From Eledone cirrhosa (Eukaryota), in assembly GCA_964016885.1 (NCBI GenBank), contig OZ024741.1:24862001-24926000 (forward strand): 64,000 nucleotides of DNA, given 5' to 3'. The position numbers and the translations under genes were made by a program. Positions 11,901 to 26,700 of the stretch are shown here, piece after piece; the first letter of the stretch is position 1; each line of letters starts with the position of its first letter. The notes under the pieces were generated by a model. The model did no database searches. It saw only the letters and a program-made list of their open reading frames with translations, and was not told the DNA's origin.

Positions 11901-14900
11901 TATGGTAATGAAAGGGTTAAACAACATAGACAATGTCTTTTATTAGAAATATGGTAATGAAAGGGTTAAACAACATAGACAGTGTCTTTTATTAGAAATA
12001 TGGTAATGAAAGGGTTATACAACATAGACAGTGTCTTTTATTGGAAATATGATAATGAAAGGGTTAAACAACATAGACAGTGTCTTTTATTAGAAATATG
12101 GTAATGAAAGGGTTAAACAACATGGACAGTGTCTTTTATTAGAAATATGGTAATGAAAGGGTTAAACAACATAGACAGTGTCTTTTATTAGAAATATGAT
12201 AATGAAAGGGTTAAACAACATAGACAGTGTCTTTTATTAGATATAGGGTAATGAAAGGGTTAAACAACATAGACAGTGTCTTTTTTTAGAAATATGGTAA
12301 TGAAAGGATTAAACAACATAGACAGTGTCTTTTATTAGAAATATGATAATGAAAGGGTTTAACAACATAAACAGTATCTTTTATTAGAAATGTGGTAATG
12401 AAAGGGTTAAACAACATAGACAGTGTCTTTTATTAGAAATATGGTAATGAAAGGGTTACACAACATAGACAGTGTCTTTTATTAGAAATATGGTAATGAA
12501 AGGGTTAAACAACATAGACAGTGTCTTTTATTAGAAATAGGGTAATGAAAGGGTTAAACAACATAGACAGTGTCTTTTATTAGAAATATGATAATGAAAG
12601 GGTTAAACAACATAGACAGTGTCTTTTATTAGAAATATGATAATGAAAGGGTTAAACAACATAGACAGTGTCTTTTATTAGAAATATGGTAATGAAAGGG
12701 TTAAACAACATAGACAGTGTCATTTATTAGAAATATGGTAATGAAAGGGTTAAACAACATAGATAGTGTCTTTTATTAGAAATATGGTAATGAAAGGGTT
12801 AAACAACATAGACAGTGTCTTTTATTAGAAATATGATAATGAAAGGGTTAAACAACATAGACAGTGTCTTTTATTAGAAATATGGTAATGAAAGAGTTAA
12901 ACAACATAGACAGTGTCTTTTATTAGAAATATGATAATGAAAGGGTTAAAAAACATAGACAGTGTCTTGTATTAGAAATATGGTAATGAAAGGGTTAAAC
13001 AACATAGACAGTGTCTTTTATTAGAAATATGGTAATGAAAGGGTTAAACAACATAGACAGTGTCTTTTATTAGAAATATGATAATGAAAGGATTAAACAA
13101 CATAGAGAGTGTCTTTTATTAGATATAGGGTAATGAATGTGTTAAACAACATAGACAGTGTCTTTTATCAGAAATATGGTAGTGAAAGGTTTAAACAACA
13201 TAGACAGTGTGTTTTATTAGAAATATGGTAATGCAAGGGTTAAACAACATAGACAGTGTGTTTTATTAGAAATATGATAATGAAAGGGTTAAAAAACATA
13301 GACAGTGTCTTGTATTAGAAATATGGTAATGAAAGGGTTAAACAACATAGGCAGTGTCTTTTATTAGAAATATGGTAATGAAAGGGTTAAACAACATAGA
13401 CAGTGTCTTTTATTAGAAATATGGTAATGAAAGGTTTAAACAACATAGACAGTGTCTTTTATTAGAAATATGGTAACGAAAGGGTTAAACAACATAGACA
13501 GTGTCTTTTATTGGAAATATGATAATGAAAGGGTTAAACAACATAGACAGTGTCTTTTATTAGAAATATGGTAATGAAAGGGTTAAACAACATAGACAGT
13601 GTCTTTTATTAGAAATATGATAATGAAAGGGTTAAACAACATAGACAGTGTCTTTTATTAGATATAGGGTAATGAATGTGTTAAACAACATAGACAGTGT
13701 CTTTTATTAGAAATATGGTAATGAAAGGGTTAAACAACATAGACAGTGTCTTTTATTAGAAATATGGTAATGAAAGAGTTAAACAACATAGACAGTGTCT
13801 TTTATTAGAAATATGGTAATGAAAGGGTTAAACAACATAGACAGTGTGTTTTATTAGACATATGGTAATGAAAGGGTTAAACAACATAGACAGTGTCTTT
13901 TATTAGATATAGGGTAATGAAAGTGTTAAACAACATAGACAGTGTCTTGTATTAGAAATATGGTAATGAAAGTGTTAAACAACATAGACAGTGTCTTTTA
14001 TTAGAAATATGGTAATGAAAGGGTTAAACAACATAGACAGTGTCTTTTATTAGAAATATGGTAATGAAAGGGTTAAACAACATAGACAGTGTGTTTTATT
14101 AGAAATATGGTAATGAAAGGGTTAAACAACATAGACAGTGCCTTTTATTAGAAATATGGTAATGAAAGGGTTAAACAACATAGACAGTGTGTTTTATTAG
14201 AAATATGGTAATGAAAGGGTTAAACAACATAGACAGTGCCTTTTATTAGAAATATGGTAATGAAAGGGTTAAACAACATAGACAGTGTCTTTTATTAAAT
14301 ATAGGGTAATGAAAGTGTTAAAAAACATAGACAGTGTCTTTTATTAGAAATATAATAATGAAAGGGTTAAACAACAGAAATATTGTAATGATAGGTTTAA
14401 ACAACATAGACAGTGTCTTTTATTAGAAATATGATAATGAAAGGGTTAAAAAACATAACAGTGTCTTGTATTAGAAATATGGTAATGAAAGGGTTAAACA
14501 ACATAGACAGTGTCTTTTATTAGAAATATGGTAATGAAAGAGTTAAACAACATAGACAGTGTCTTTTATTAGAAATATGGTAATGAAAGGGTTAAACAAC
14601 ATAGACAGTGTGTTTTGTTAGACATATGGTAATGAAAGGGTTAAACAACATAGACAGTGTCTTTTATTAGATATAGGGTAATGAAAGTGTTAAACAACAT
14701 AGACAGTGTCTTTTATTAGAAATATGGTAATGAAAGGGTTAAACAACATAGACAGTGTGTTTTATTAGAAATATGGTAATGAAAGGGTTAAACAACATAG
14801 ACAGTGTCTTTTATTAGAAATATGGTAATGAAAGTGTTAAACAACATAGACAGTGTCTTTTATTAAATATAGGGTAATGAAAGTGTTAAAAAACATAGAC

Positions 14901-16139
14901 AGTGTCTTTTATTAGAAATATAATAATGAAAGGGTTAAACAACAGAAATATGGTAATGATAGGGTTAAACAACATAGACAGTGTCTTTTATTAGAAATAT
15001 GATAATGAAAGGGTTAAACAACATAGACAGTGTCCTTTATTAGAAATATTGTAATGAAAGGGTTAAACAACATAGACAGCGTCTTTTATTAGAAATATGG
15101 TAATGAAAGTGTTAAACAACATAGACAGTGTCTTTTATTAGAAATACAACATAGACAGTGTGTTTTATTAGAAATATGGTAATGAAAGGGTTAAACAACA
15201 TAGACAGTGTCTTTTATTAGAAATATGATAATGAAAGGGTTAAAAAACATAGACAGTGTCTTGTATTAGAAATATGGTAATGAAAGGGTTAAACAACATA
15301 GACAGTGTCTTTTATTAGAAATATGGTAATGAAAGGGTTAAACAACATAGACAGTGTCTTTTATTAGAAATATGATAATGAAAGGGTTAAACAACATAGA
15401 GAGTGTCTTTTATTAGATATAGGGTAATGAATGTGTTAAACAACATAGACAGTGTCTTTTATTAGAAATATGGTAATGAAAGGGTTAAACAACATAGACA
15501 GTGTCTTTTATTAGAAATATGGTAATGAAAGGGTTAGACAACATAGACAGTGTCATTTATTAGAAATATGGTAATGAAAGGGTTAAACAACATAGACAGT
15601 GTCTTTTATTAGAAATATGGTAATGAAAGGGTTAAACAACATAGACAGTGTCTTTTATTAGAAATATGGTAATGAAAGGGTTAAACAACATAGACAGTGT
15701 CTTTTATTAGAAATATGGTAATGAAAGGGTTAAACAACATAGACAGTGTCTTTTATTAGAAATATGGTAATGAAAGGGTTAAACAACATAGACAGTGTCT
15801 TTTATTGGAAATATGATAATGAAAGGGTTAAACAACATAGACAGTGTCTTTTATTAGAAATATGGTAATGAAAGGGTTAAACAACATGGACAGTGTCTTT
15901 TATTAGAAATATGGTAATGAAAGGGTTAAACAACATAGACAGTGTCTTTTATTAGAAATATGATAATGAAAGGGTTAAACAACATAGACAGTGTCTTTTA
16001 TTAGATATAGGGTAATGAATGTGTTAAACAACATAGACAGTGTCTTTTATTAGAAATATGGTAATGAAAGGGTTAAACAACATAGACAGTGTCTTTTATT
16101 AGAAATATGGTAATGAAAGAGTTAAACAACATAGACAGT

Positions 16140-19100
16140 GTCTTTTATTAGAAATATGGTAATGAAAGGGTTAAACAACATAGACAGTGTGTTTTATTAG
16201 ACATATGGTAATGAAAGGGTTAAACAACATAGACAGTGTCTTTTATTAGATATAGGGTAATGAAAGTGTTAAACAACATAGACAGTGTCTTGTATTAGAA
16301 ATATGGTAATGAAAGTGTTGAACAACATAGACAGAGTCTTTTATTAGAAATATGGTAATGAAAGGGTTAAACAACATAGACAGTGTCTTTTATTAGAAAT
16401 ATGGTAATGAAAGGGTTCAACAACATAGACAGTGTCTTTTATTAGAAATATGGTAATGAAAGATTTAAACAACATAGACAGTGTGTTTTATTAGAAATAT
16501 GGTAATGAAAGGGTTAAACAACATGGACAGTGTCTTTTATTAGAAATATGATAAAGAAAGGGTTAAAAAACATAGACAGTGTCTTGTATTAGAAATATGG
16601 TATTGAAAGGGTTAAACAACATAGACAGTGTCTTTTATTAGAAATATGGTAATGAAAGGGTTAAACAACATAGACAGTGTCTTTTATTAGAAATATGGTA
16701 ATGAAAGGGTTAAACAACATAGACAATGTCTTTTATTAGAAATATGGTAATGAAAGGGTTAAACAACATAGACAGTGTCTTTTATTAGAAATATGGTAAT
16801 GAAAGGGTTATACAACATAGACAGTGTCTTTTATTGGAAATATGATAATGAAAGGGTTAAACAACATAGACAGTGTCTTTTATTAGAAATATGGTAATGA
16901 AAGGGTTAAACAACATGGACAGTGTCTTTTATTAGAAATATGGTAATGAAAGGGTTAAACAACATAGACAGTGTCTTTTATTAGAAATATGATAATGAAA
17001 GGGTTAAACAACATAGACAGTGTCTTTTATTAGATATAGGGTAATGAAAGGGTTAAACAACATAGACAGTGTCTTTTTTTAGAAATATGGTAATGAAAGG
17101 ATTATCAACATAGACAGTGTCTTTTATTAGAAATATGATAATGAAAGGGTTTAACAACATAAACAGTATCTTTTATTAGAAATGTGGTAATGAAAGGGTT
17201 AAACAACATAGACAGTGTCTTTTATTAGAAATATGGTAATGAAAGGGTTACACAACATAGACAGTGTCTTTTATTAGAAATATGGTAATGAAAGGGTTAA
17301 ACAACATAGACAGTGTCTTTTATTAGAAATATGGTAATGAAAGGGTTAAACAACATAGACAGTGTCTTTTATTAGAAATATGATAATGAAAGGTTTAAAC
17401 AACATAGACAGTGTCTTTTATTAGAAATATGGTAATGAAAGGGTTAAACAACATAGACAGTGTCTTTTATTAGAAATAGGGTAATGAAAGGGTTAAACAA
17501 CATAGACAGTGTCTTTTATTAGAAATATGATAATGAAAGGGTTAAACAACATAGACAGTGTCTTTTATTAGAAATATGGTAATGAAAGGGTTAAACAACA
17601 TAGATAGTGTCTTTTATTAGAAATATGGTAATGAAAGGGTTAAACAACATAGACAGTGTCTTTTATTAGAAATATGATAATGAAAGGGTTAAACAACATA
17701 GACAGTGTCTTTTATTAGAAATATGGTAATGAAAGAGTTAAACAACATAGACAGTGTCTTTTATTAGAAATATGATAATGAAAGGGTTAAAAAACATAGA
17801 CAGTGTCTTGTATTAGAAATATGGTAATGAAAGGGTTAAACAACATAGACAGTGTCTTTTATTAGAAATATGGTAATGAAAGGGTTAAACAACATAGACA
17901 GTGTCTTTTATTAGAAATATGATAATGAAAGGATTAAACAACATAGAGAGTGTCTTTTATTAGATATAGGGTAATGAATGTGTTAAACAACATAGACAGT
18001 GTCTTTTATCAGAAATAAGGTAATGATAGGTTTAAACAACATAGACAGTGTGTTTTATTAGAAATATGGTAATGCAAGTGTTAAACAACATAGACAGTGT
18101 GTTTTATTAGAAATATGATAATGAAAGGGTTAAAAAACATAGACAGTGTCTTGTATTAGAAATATGGTAATGAAAGGGTTAAACAACATAGGCAGTGTCT
18201 TTTATTAGAAATATGGTAATGAAAGGGTTAAACAACATAGACAGTGTCTTTTATTAGAAATATGGTAATGAAAGGTTTAAACAACATAGACAGTGTCTTT
18301 TATTAGAAATATGGTAACGAAAGGGTTAAACAACATAGACAGTGTCTTTTATTGGAAATATGATAATGAAAGGGTTAAACAACATAGACAGTGTCTTTTA
18401 TTAGATATAGGGTAATGAATGTGTTAAACAACATAGACAGTGTCTTTTATTAGAAATATGGTAATGAAAGGGTTAAACAACATAGACAGTGTCTTTTATT
18501 AGAAATATGGTAATGAAAGAGTTAAACAACATAGACAGTGTCTTTTATTAGAAATATGGTAATGAAAGGGTTAAACAACATAGACAGTGTGTTTTATTAT
18601 ACATATGGTAATGAAAGGGTTAAACAACATAGACAGTGTCTTTTATTAGATATAGGGTAATGAAAGTGTTAAACAACATAGACAGTGTCTTGTATTAGAA
18701 ATATGGTAATGAAAGTGTTAAACAACATAGACAGTGTCTTTTATTAGAAATATGGTAATGAAAGGGTTAAACAACATAGACAGTGTCTTTTATTAGAAAT
18801 ATGGTAATGAAAGGGTTAAACAACATAGACAGTGTGTTTTATTAGAAATATGGTAATGAAAGGGTTAAACAACATAGACAGTGCCTTTTATTAGAAATAT
18901 GGTAATGAAAGGGTTAAACAACATAGACAGTGTGTTTTATTAGAAATATGGTAATGAAAGGGTTAAACAACATAGACAGTGCCTTTTATTAGAAATATGG
19001 TAATGAAAGGGTTAAACAACATAGACAGTGTCTTTTATTAAATATAGGGTAATGAAAGTGTTAAAAAACATAGACAGTGTCTTTTATTAGAAATATAATA

Positions 19101-22100
19101 ATGAAAGGGTTAAACAACAGAAATATGGTAATGATAGGTTTAAACAACATAGACAGTGTCTTTTATTAGAAATATGATAATGAAAGGGTTAAAAAACATA
19201 GACAGTGTCTTGTATTAGAAATATGGTAATGAAAGGGTTAAACAACATAGACAGTGTCTTTTATTAGAAATATTGTAATGAAAGGGTTAAACAACATAGA
19301 CAGTGTCTTTTATTAGAAATATGGTAATGAAAGTGTTAAACAACATAGACAGTGTCTTTTATTCGAAATACAACATAGACAGTGTGTTTTATTAGAAATA
19401 TGGTAATGAAAGGGTTAAACAACATAGACAGTGTCTTTTATTAGAAATATGATAATGAAAGGGTTAAAAAACATAGACAGTGTCTTGTATTAGAAATATG
19501 GTAATGAAAGGGTTAAACAACATAGACAGTGTCTTTTATTAGAAATATGGTAATGAAAGGGTTAAACAACATAGACAGTGTCTTTTATTAGAAATATGAT
19601 AATGAAAGGGTTAAACAACATAGAGAGTGTCTTTTATTAGATATAGTGTAATGAATGTGTTAAACAACATAGACAGTGTCTTTTATTAGAAATATGGTAA
19701 TGAAAGGGTTAAACAACATAGACAGTGTCTTTTATTCGAAATATGATAATGAAAGGGTTAAACAACATAGAGAGTGTCTTTTATTAGAAATATGGTAATG
19801 AAAGGGTTAAACAACATAGACAGTGTGTTTTATTAGACATATGGTAATGAAAGGGTTAAACAACATAGACAGTGTCTTTTATTAGATATAGGGTAATGAA
19901 AGTGTTAAACAACATAGACAGTGTCTTGTATTAGAAATATGGTAATGAAAGTGTTGAACAACATAGACAGAGTCTTTTATTAGAAATATGGTAATGAAAG
20001 GGTTAAACAACATAGACAGTGTCTTTTATTAGAAATATGGTAATGAAAGGGTTAAACAACATAGACAGTGTCTTTTATTAGAAATATGGTAATGAAAGGG
20101 TTCAACAACATAGACAGTGTCTTTTATTAGAAATATGGTAATGAAAGATTTAAACAACATAGACAGTGTGTTTTATTAGAAATATGGTAATGAAAGGGTT
20201 AAACAACATGGACAGTGTCTTTTATTAGAAATATGATAAAGAAAGGGTTAAAAAACATAGACAGTGTCTTGTATTAGAAATATGGTATTGAAAGGGTTAA
20301 ACAACATAGACAGTGTCTTTTATTAGAAATATGGTAATGAAAGGGTTAAACAACATAGACAGTGTCTTTTATTAGAAATATGGTAATGAAAGGGTTAAAC
20401 AACATAGACAATGTCTTTTATTAGAAATATGGTAATGAAAGGGTTAAACAACATAGACAGTGTCTTTTATTAGAAATATGGTAATGAAAGGGTTATACAA
20501 CATAGACAGTGTCTTTTATTGGAAATATGATAATGAAAGGGTTAAACAACATAGACAGTGTCTTTTATTAGAAATATGGTAATGAAAGGGTTAAACAACA
20601 TGGACAGTGTCTTTTATTAGAAATATGGTAATGAAAGGGTTAAACAACATAGACAGTGTCTTTTATTAGAAATATGATAATGAAAGGGTTAAACAACATA
20701 GACAGTGTCTTTTATTAGATATAGGGTAATGAAAGGGTTAAACAACATAGACAGTGTCTTTTTTTAGAAATATGGTAATGAAAGGATTATCAACATAGAC
20801 AGTGTCTTTTATTAGAAATATGATAATGAAAGGGTTTAACAACATAAACAGTATCTTTTATTAGAAATGTGGTAATGAAAGGGTTAAACAACATAGACAG
20901 TGTCTTTTATTAGAAATATGGTAATGAAAGGGTTACACAACATAGACAGTGTCTTTTATTAGAAATATGGTAATGAAAGGGTTAAACAACATAGACAGTG
21001 TCTTTTATTAGAAATATGGTAATGAAAGGGTTAAACAACATAGACAGTGTCTTTTATTAGAAATATGATAATGAAAGGTTTAAACAACATAGACAGTGTC
21101 TTTTATTAGAAATATGGTAATGAAAGGGTTAAACAACATAGACAGTGTCTTTTATTAGAAATAGGGTAATGAAAGGGTTAAACAACATAGACAGTGTCTT
21201 TTATTAGAAATATGATAATGAAAGGGTTAAACAACATAGACAGTGTCTTTTATTAGAAATATGGTAATGAAAGGGTTAAACAACATAGATAGTGTCTTTT
21301 ATTAGAAATATGGTAATGAAAGGGTTAAACAACATAGACAGTGTCTTTTATTAGAAATATGATAATGAAAGGGTTAAACAACATAGACAGTGTCTTTTAT
21401 TAGAAATATGGTAATGAAAGAGTTAAACAACATAGACAGTGTCTTTTATTAGAAATATGATAATGAAAGGGTTAAAAAACATAGACAGTGTCTTGTATTA
21501 GAAATATGGTAATGAAAGGGTTAAACAACATAGACAGTGTCTTTTATTAGAAATATGGTAATGAAAGGGTTAAACAACATAGACAGTGTCTTTTATTAGA
21601 AATATGATAATGAAAGGATTAAACAACATAGAGAGTGTCTTTTATTAGATATAGGGTAATGAATGTGTTAAACAACATAGACAGTGTCTTTTATCAGAAA
21701 TAAGGTAATGATAGGTTTAAACAACATAGACAGTGTGTTTTATTAGAAATATGGTAATGCAAGTGTTAAACAACATAGACAGTGTGTTTTATTAGAAATA
21801 TGATAATGAAAGGGTTAAAAAACATAGACAGTGTCTTGTATTAGAAATATGGTAATGAAAGGGTTAAACAACATAGGCAGTGTCTTTTATTAGAAATATG
21901 GTAATGAAAGGGTTAAACAACATAGACAGTGTCTTTTATTAGAAATATGGTAATGAAAGGTTTAAACAACATAGACAGTGTCTTTTATTAGAAATATGGT
22001 AACGAAAGGGTTAAACAACATAGACAGTGTCTTTTATTGGAAATATGATAATGAAAGGGTTAAACAACATAGACAGTGTCTTTTATTAGATATAGGGTAA

Positions 22101-23470
22101 TGAATGTGTTAAACAACATAGACAGTGTCTTTTATTAGAAATATGGTAATGAAAGGGTTAAACAACATAGACAGTGTCTTTTATTAGAAATATGGTAATG
22201 AAAGAGTTAAACAACATAGACAGTGTCTTTTATTAGAAATATGGTAATGAAAGGGTTAAACAACATAGACAGTGTGTTTTATTATACATATGGTAATGAA
22301 AGGGTTAAACAACATAGACAGTGTCTTTTATTAGATATAGGGTAATGAAAGTGTTAAACACCATAGACAGTGTCTTGTATTAGAAATATGGTAATGAAAG
22401 TGTTAAACAACATAGACAGTGTCTTTTATTAGAAATATGGTAATGAAAGGGTTAAACAACATAGACAGTGTCTTTTATTAGAAATATGGTAATGAAAGGG
22501 TTAAACAACATAGACAGTGTGTTTTATTAGAAATATGGTAATGAAAGGGTTAAACAACATAGACAGTGCCTTTTATTAGAAATATGGTAATGAAAGGGTT
22601 AAACAACATAGACAGTGTGTTTTATTAGAAATATGGTAATGAAAGGGTTAAACAACATAGACAGTGCCTTTTATTAGAAATATGGTAATGAAAGGGTTAA
22701 ACAACATAGACAGTGTCTTTTATTAAATATAGGGTAATGAAAGTGTTAAAAAACATAGACAGTGTCTTTTATTAGAAATATAATAATGAAAGGGTTAAAC
22801 AACAGAAATATGGTAATGATAGGTTTAAACAACATAGACAGTGTCTTTTATTAGAAATATGATAATGAAAGGGTTAAAAAACATAGACAGTGTCTTGTAT
22901 TAGAAATATGGTAATGAAAGGGTTAAACAACATAGACAGTGTCTTTTATTAGAAATATTGTAATGAAAGGGTTAAACAACATAGACAGTGTCTTTTATTA
23001 GAAATATGGTAATGAAAGTGTTAAACAACATAGACAGTGTCTTTTATTCGAAATACAACATAGACAGTGTGTTTTATTAGAAATATGGTAATGAAAGGGT
23101 TAAACAACATAGACAGTGTCTTTTATTAGAAATATGATAATGAAAGGGTTAAAAAACATAGACAGTGTCTTGTATTAGAAATATGGTAATGAAAGGGTTA
23201 AACAACATAGACAGTGTCTTTTATTAGAAATATGGTAATGAAAGGGTTAAACAACATAGACAGTGTCTTTTATTAGAAATATGATAATGAAAGGGTTAAA
23301 CAACATAGAGAGTGTCTTTTATTAGATATAGTGTAATGAATGTGTTAAACAACATAGACAGTGTCTTTTATTAGAAATATGGTAATGAAAGGGTTAAACA
23401 ACATAGACAGTGTCTTTTATTCGAAATATGATAATGAAAGGGTTAAACAACATAGAGAGTGTCTTTTATT
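16140..23470. repeat. Tandem duplication of a 3685-bp (76-monomer) block
   Basis: Rare markers at a constant 3685 offset: TTCAAC 16416/20101, ATTATCAAC 17101/20786, GTCTTTTATCAGAAATAAGG 18001/21686, deletion B 19116/22801. 3685 = 73x49 + 2x30 + 48. Confidence 0.92.
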
Positions 23471-23735
23471 AGATATAGGGTAATGAATGTGTTAAACAAC
23501 ATAGACAGTGTCTTTTATTAGAAATATGGTAATGAAAGGGTTAAACAACATAGATAGTGTCTTTTATTAGAAATATGGTAATGAAAGGGTTAAACAACAT
23601 AGACAGTGTCTTTTATTAGATATAGGGTAATGAAAGGGTTAAACAACATAGACAGTGTCTTTTATTAGAAATATGGTAATGAAAGGTTTAAACAACATAG
23701 ACAGTGTCTTTTATTAGAAATATGGTAATGAAAGT

Positions 23736-26700
23736 GTTACACAACATAGACAGTGTCTTTTATTAGAAATATGGTAATGAAAGAGTTAAACAACATAGAC
23801 AGTGTCTTTTATTAGAAATATGGTAATGAAAGGGTTAAACAACATGGACAGTGTGTTTTGTTAGACATATGGTAATGAAAGGGTTAAACAACATAGACAG
23901 TGTCTTTTATTAGAAATATGGTAATGAAAGTGTTAAACAACATAGACAGTGTCTTTTATTAGAAATACAACATAGACAGTGTGTTTTATTAGAAATATGG
24001 TAATGAAAGGGTTAAACAACATAGACAGTGTCTTTTATTAGAAATATGATAATGAAAGGGTTAAAAAACATAGACAGTGTCTTGTATTAGAAATATGGTA
24101 ATGAAAGGGTTAAACAACATAGACAGTGTCTTTTATTAGAAATATGGTAATGAAAGGGTTAAACAACATAGACAGTGTCTTTTATTAGAAATATGATAAT
24201 GAAAGGATTAAACAACATAGAGAGTGTCTTTTATTAGATATAGGGTAATGAATGTGTTAAACAACATAGACAGTGTCTTTTATTAGAAATATGGTAATGA
24301 AAGGTTTAAACAACATAGACAGTGTGTTTTATTAGAAATATGGTAATGCAAGGGTTAAACAACATAGACAGTGTGTTTTATTAGAAATATGATAATGAAA
24401 GGGTTAAAAAACATAGACAGTGTCTTGTATTAGAAATATGGTAATGAAAGGGTTAAACAACATAGACAGTGTCTTTTATTAGAAATATGGTAATGAAAGG
24501 GTTAAACAACATAGACAGTGTCTTTTATTAGAAATATGGTAATGAAAGGTTTAAACAACATAGACAGTGTCTTTTATTAGAAATATGGTAACGAAAGGGT
24601 TAAACAAAATAGACAGTGTCTTTTATTGGAAATATGATAATGAAAGGGTCAAACAACATAGACAGTGTCTTTTATTAGAAATATGGTAATGAAAGGGTTA
24701 AACAACATGGACAGTGTCTTTTATTAGAAATATGGTAATGAAAGGGTTAAACAACATAGACAGTGTGTTTTGTTAGACATATGGTAATGAAAGGGTTAAA
24801 CAACATAGACAGTGTCTTTTATGAGAAATATGGTAATGAAAGTGTTAAACAACATAGACAGTGTCTTTTATTAGAAATACAACATAGACAGTGTGTTTTA
24901 TTAGAAATATGGTAATGAAAGGGTTAAACAACATAGACAGTGTCTTTTATTAGAAATATGATAATGAAAGGGTTAAAAAACATAGACAGTGTCTTGTATT
25001 AGAAATATGGTAATGAAAGGGTTAAACAACATAGACAGTGTCTTTTATTAGAAATATGGTAATGAAAGGGTTAAACAACATAGACAGTGTCTTTTATTAG
25101 AAATATGATAATGAAAGGATTAAACAACATAGAGAGTGTCTTTTATTAGATATAGGGTAATGAATGTGTTAAACAACATAGACAGTGTCTTTTATTAGAA
25201 ATATGGTAATGAAAGGTTTAAACAACATAGACAGTGTGTTTTATTAGAAATATGGTAATGCAAGGGTTAAACAACATAGACAGTGTGTTTTATTAGAAAT
25301 ATGATAATGAAAGGGTTAAAAAACATAGACAGTGTCTTGTATTAGAAATATGGTAATGAAAGGGTTAAACAACATAGACAGTGTCTTTTATTAGAAATAT
25401 GGTAATGAAAGGGTTAAACAACATAGACAGTGTCTTTTATTAGAAAGATGGTAATGAAAGGTTTAAACAACATAGACAGTGTCTTTTATTAGAAATATGG
25501 TAATGAAAGGGTTAAACAACATGGACAGTGTCTTTTATTAGAAATATGGTAATGAAAGGGTTAAACAACATAGACAGTGTCTTTTATTAGAAATATGATA
25601 ATGAAAGGGTTAAACAACATAGACAGTGTCTTTTATTAGAAATATGGTAATGAAAGGGTTAAACAACATAGACAGTGTCTTTTATTAGAAATATGGTAAT
25701 GAAAGAGTTAAACAACATAGACAGTGTCTTTTATTAGATATAGGGTAATGAAAGTGTTAAACAACATAGACAGTGTCTTGTATTAGAAATATGGTAATGA
25801 AAGTGTTAAACAACATAGACAGTGTCTTTTATTAGAAATATGGTAATGAAAGGGTTAAACAACATAGACAGTGTCTTTTATTAGAAATATGGTAATGAAA
25901 GGGTTAAACAACGTAGACAGTGTCTTTTATTAGAAATATGGTAATGAAAGGTTTAAACAACATAGACAGTGTGTTTTATTAGAAATATGGTAATGAAAGC
26001 GTTAAACAACATAGACAGTGTCTTTTATTAGAAATATGGTAATGAAAGGGTTAAACAACATAGACAGTGTCTTTTATTAGAAATATGATAATGAAAGGGT
26101 TAAACAACATAGACAGTGTCTTTTATTAGATATAGGGTAATGAAAGGGTTAAACAACATAGACAGTGTCTTTTATTAGAAATATGGTAATGAAAGGGTTA
26201 AACAACATGGACAGTGTCTTTTATTAGAAATATGGTAATGAAAGGGTTAAACAACATACACAGTATCTTTTATTAGAAATATGGTAATGAAAGGGTTAAA
26301 CAACATAGACAGTGTCTTTTATTAGAAATATGGTAATGAAAGGGTTAAACAACATGGACAGTGTCTTTTATTAGAAATATGGTAATGAAAGGGTTAAACA
26401 ACATAGACAGTATCTTTTATTAGAAATATGGTAATGAAAGGGTTAAACAACATAGACAGTGTCTTTTATTAGAAATATGGTAATGAAAGGGTTAAACAAC
26501 ATAGACAGTGTCTTTTATTAGAAATATGGTAATGCAAGAGTTAAACAACATAGACAGTGTCTTTTAATAGAAATATGGTAATGAAAGGGTTAAACAACAT
26601 AGATAGTGTCTTTCATTAGAAATATGGTAATGAAAGGGTTAAATTACATAGGCAGTGTCTTCTATTAGAAATATCATAATGAAAGGGTTAAACAACATAG

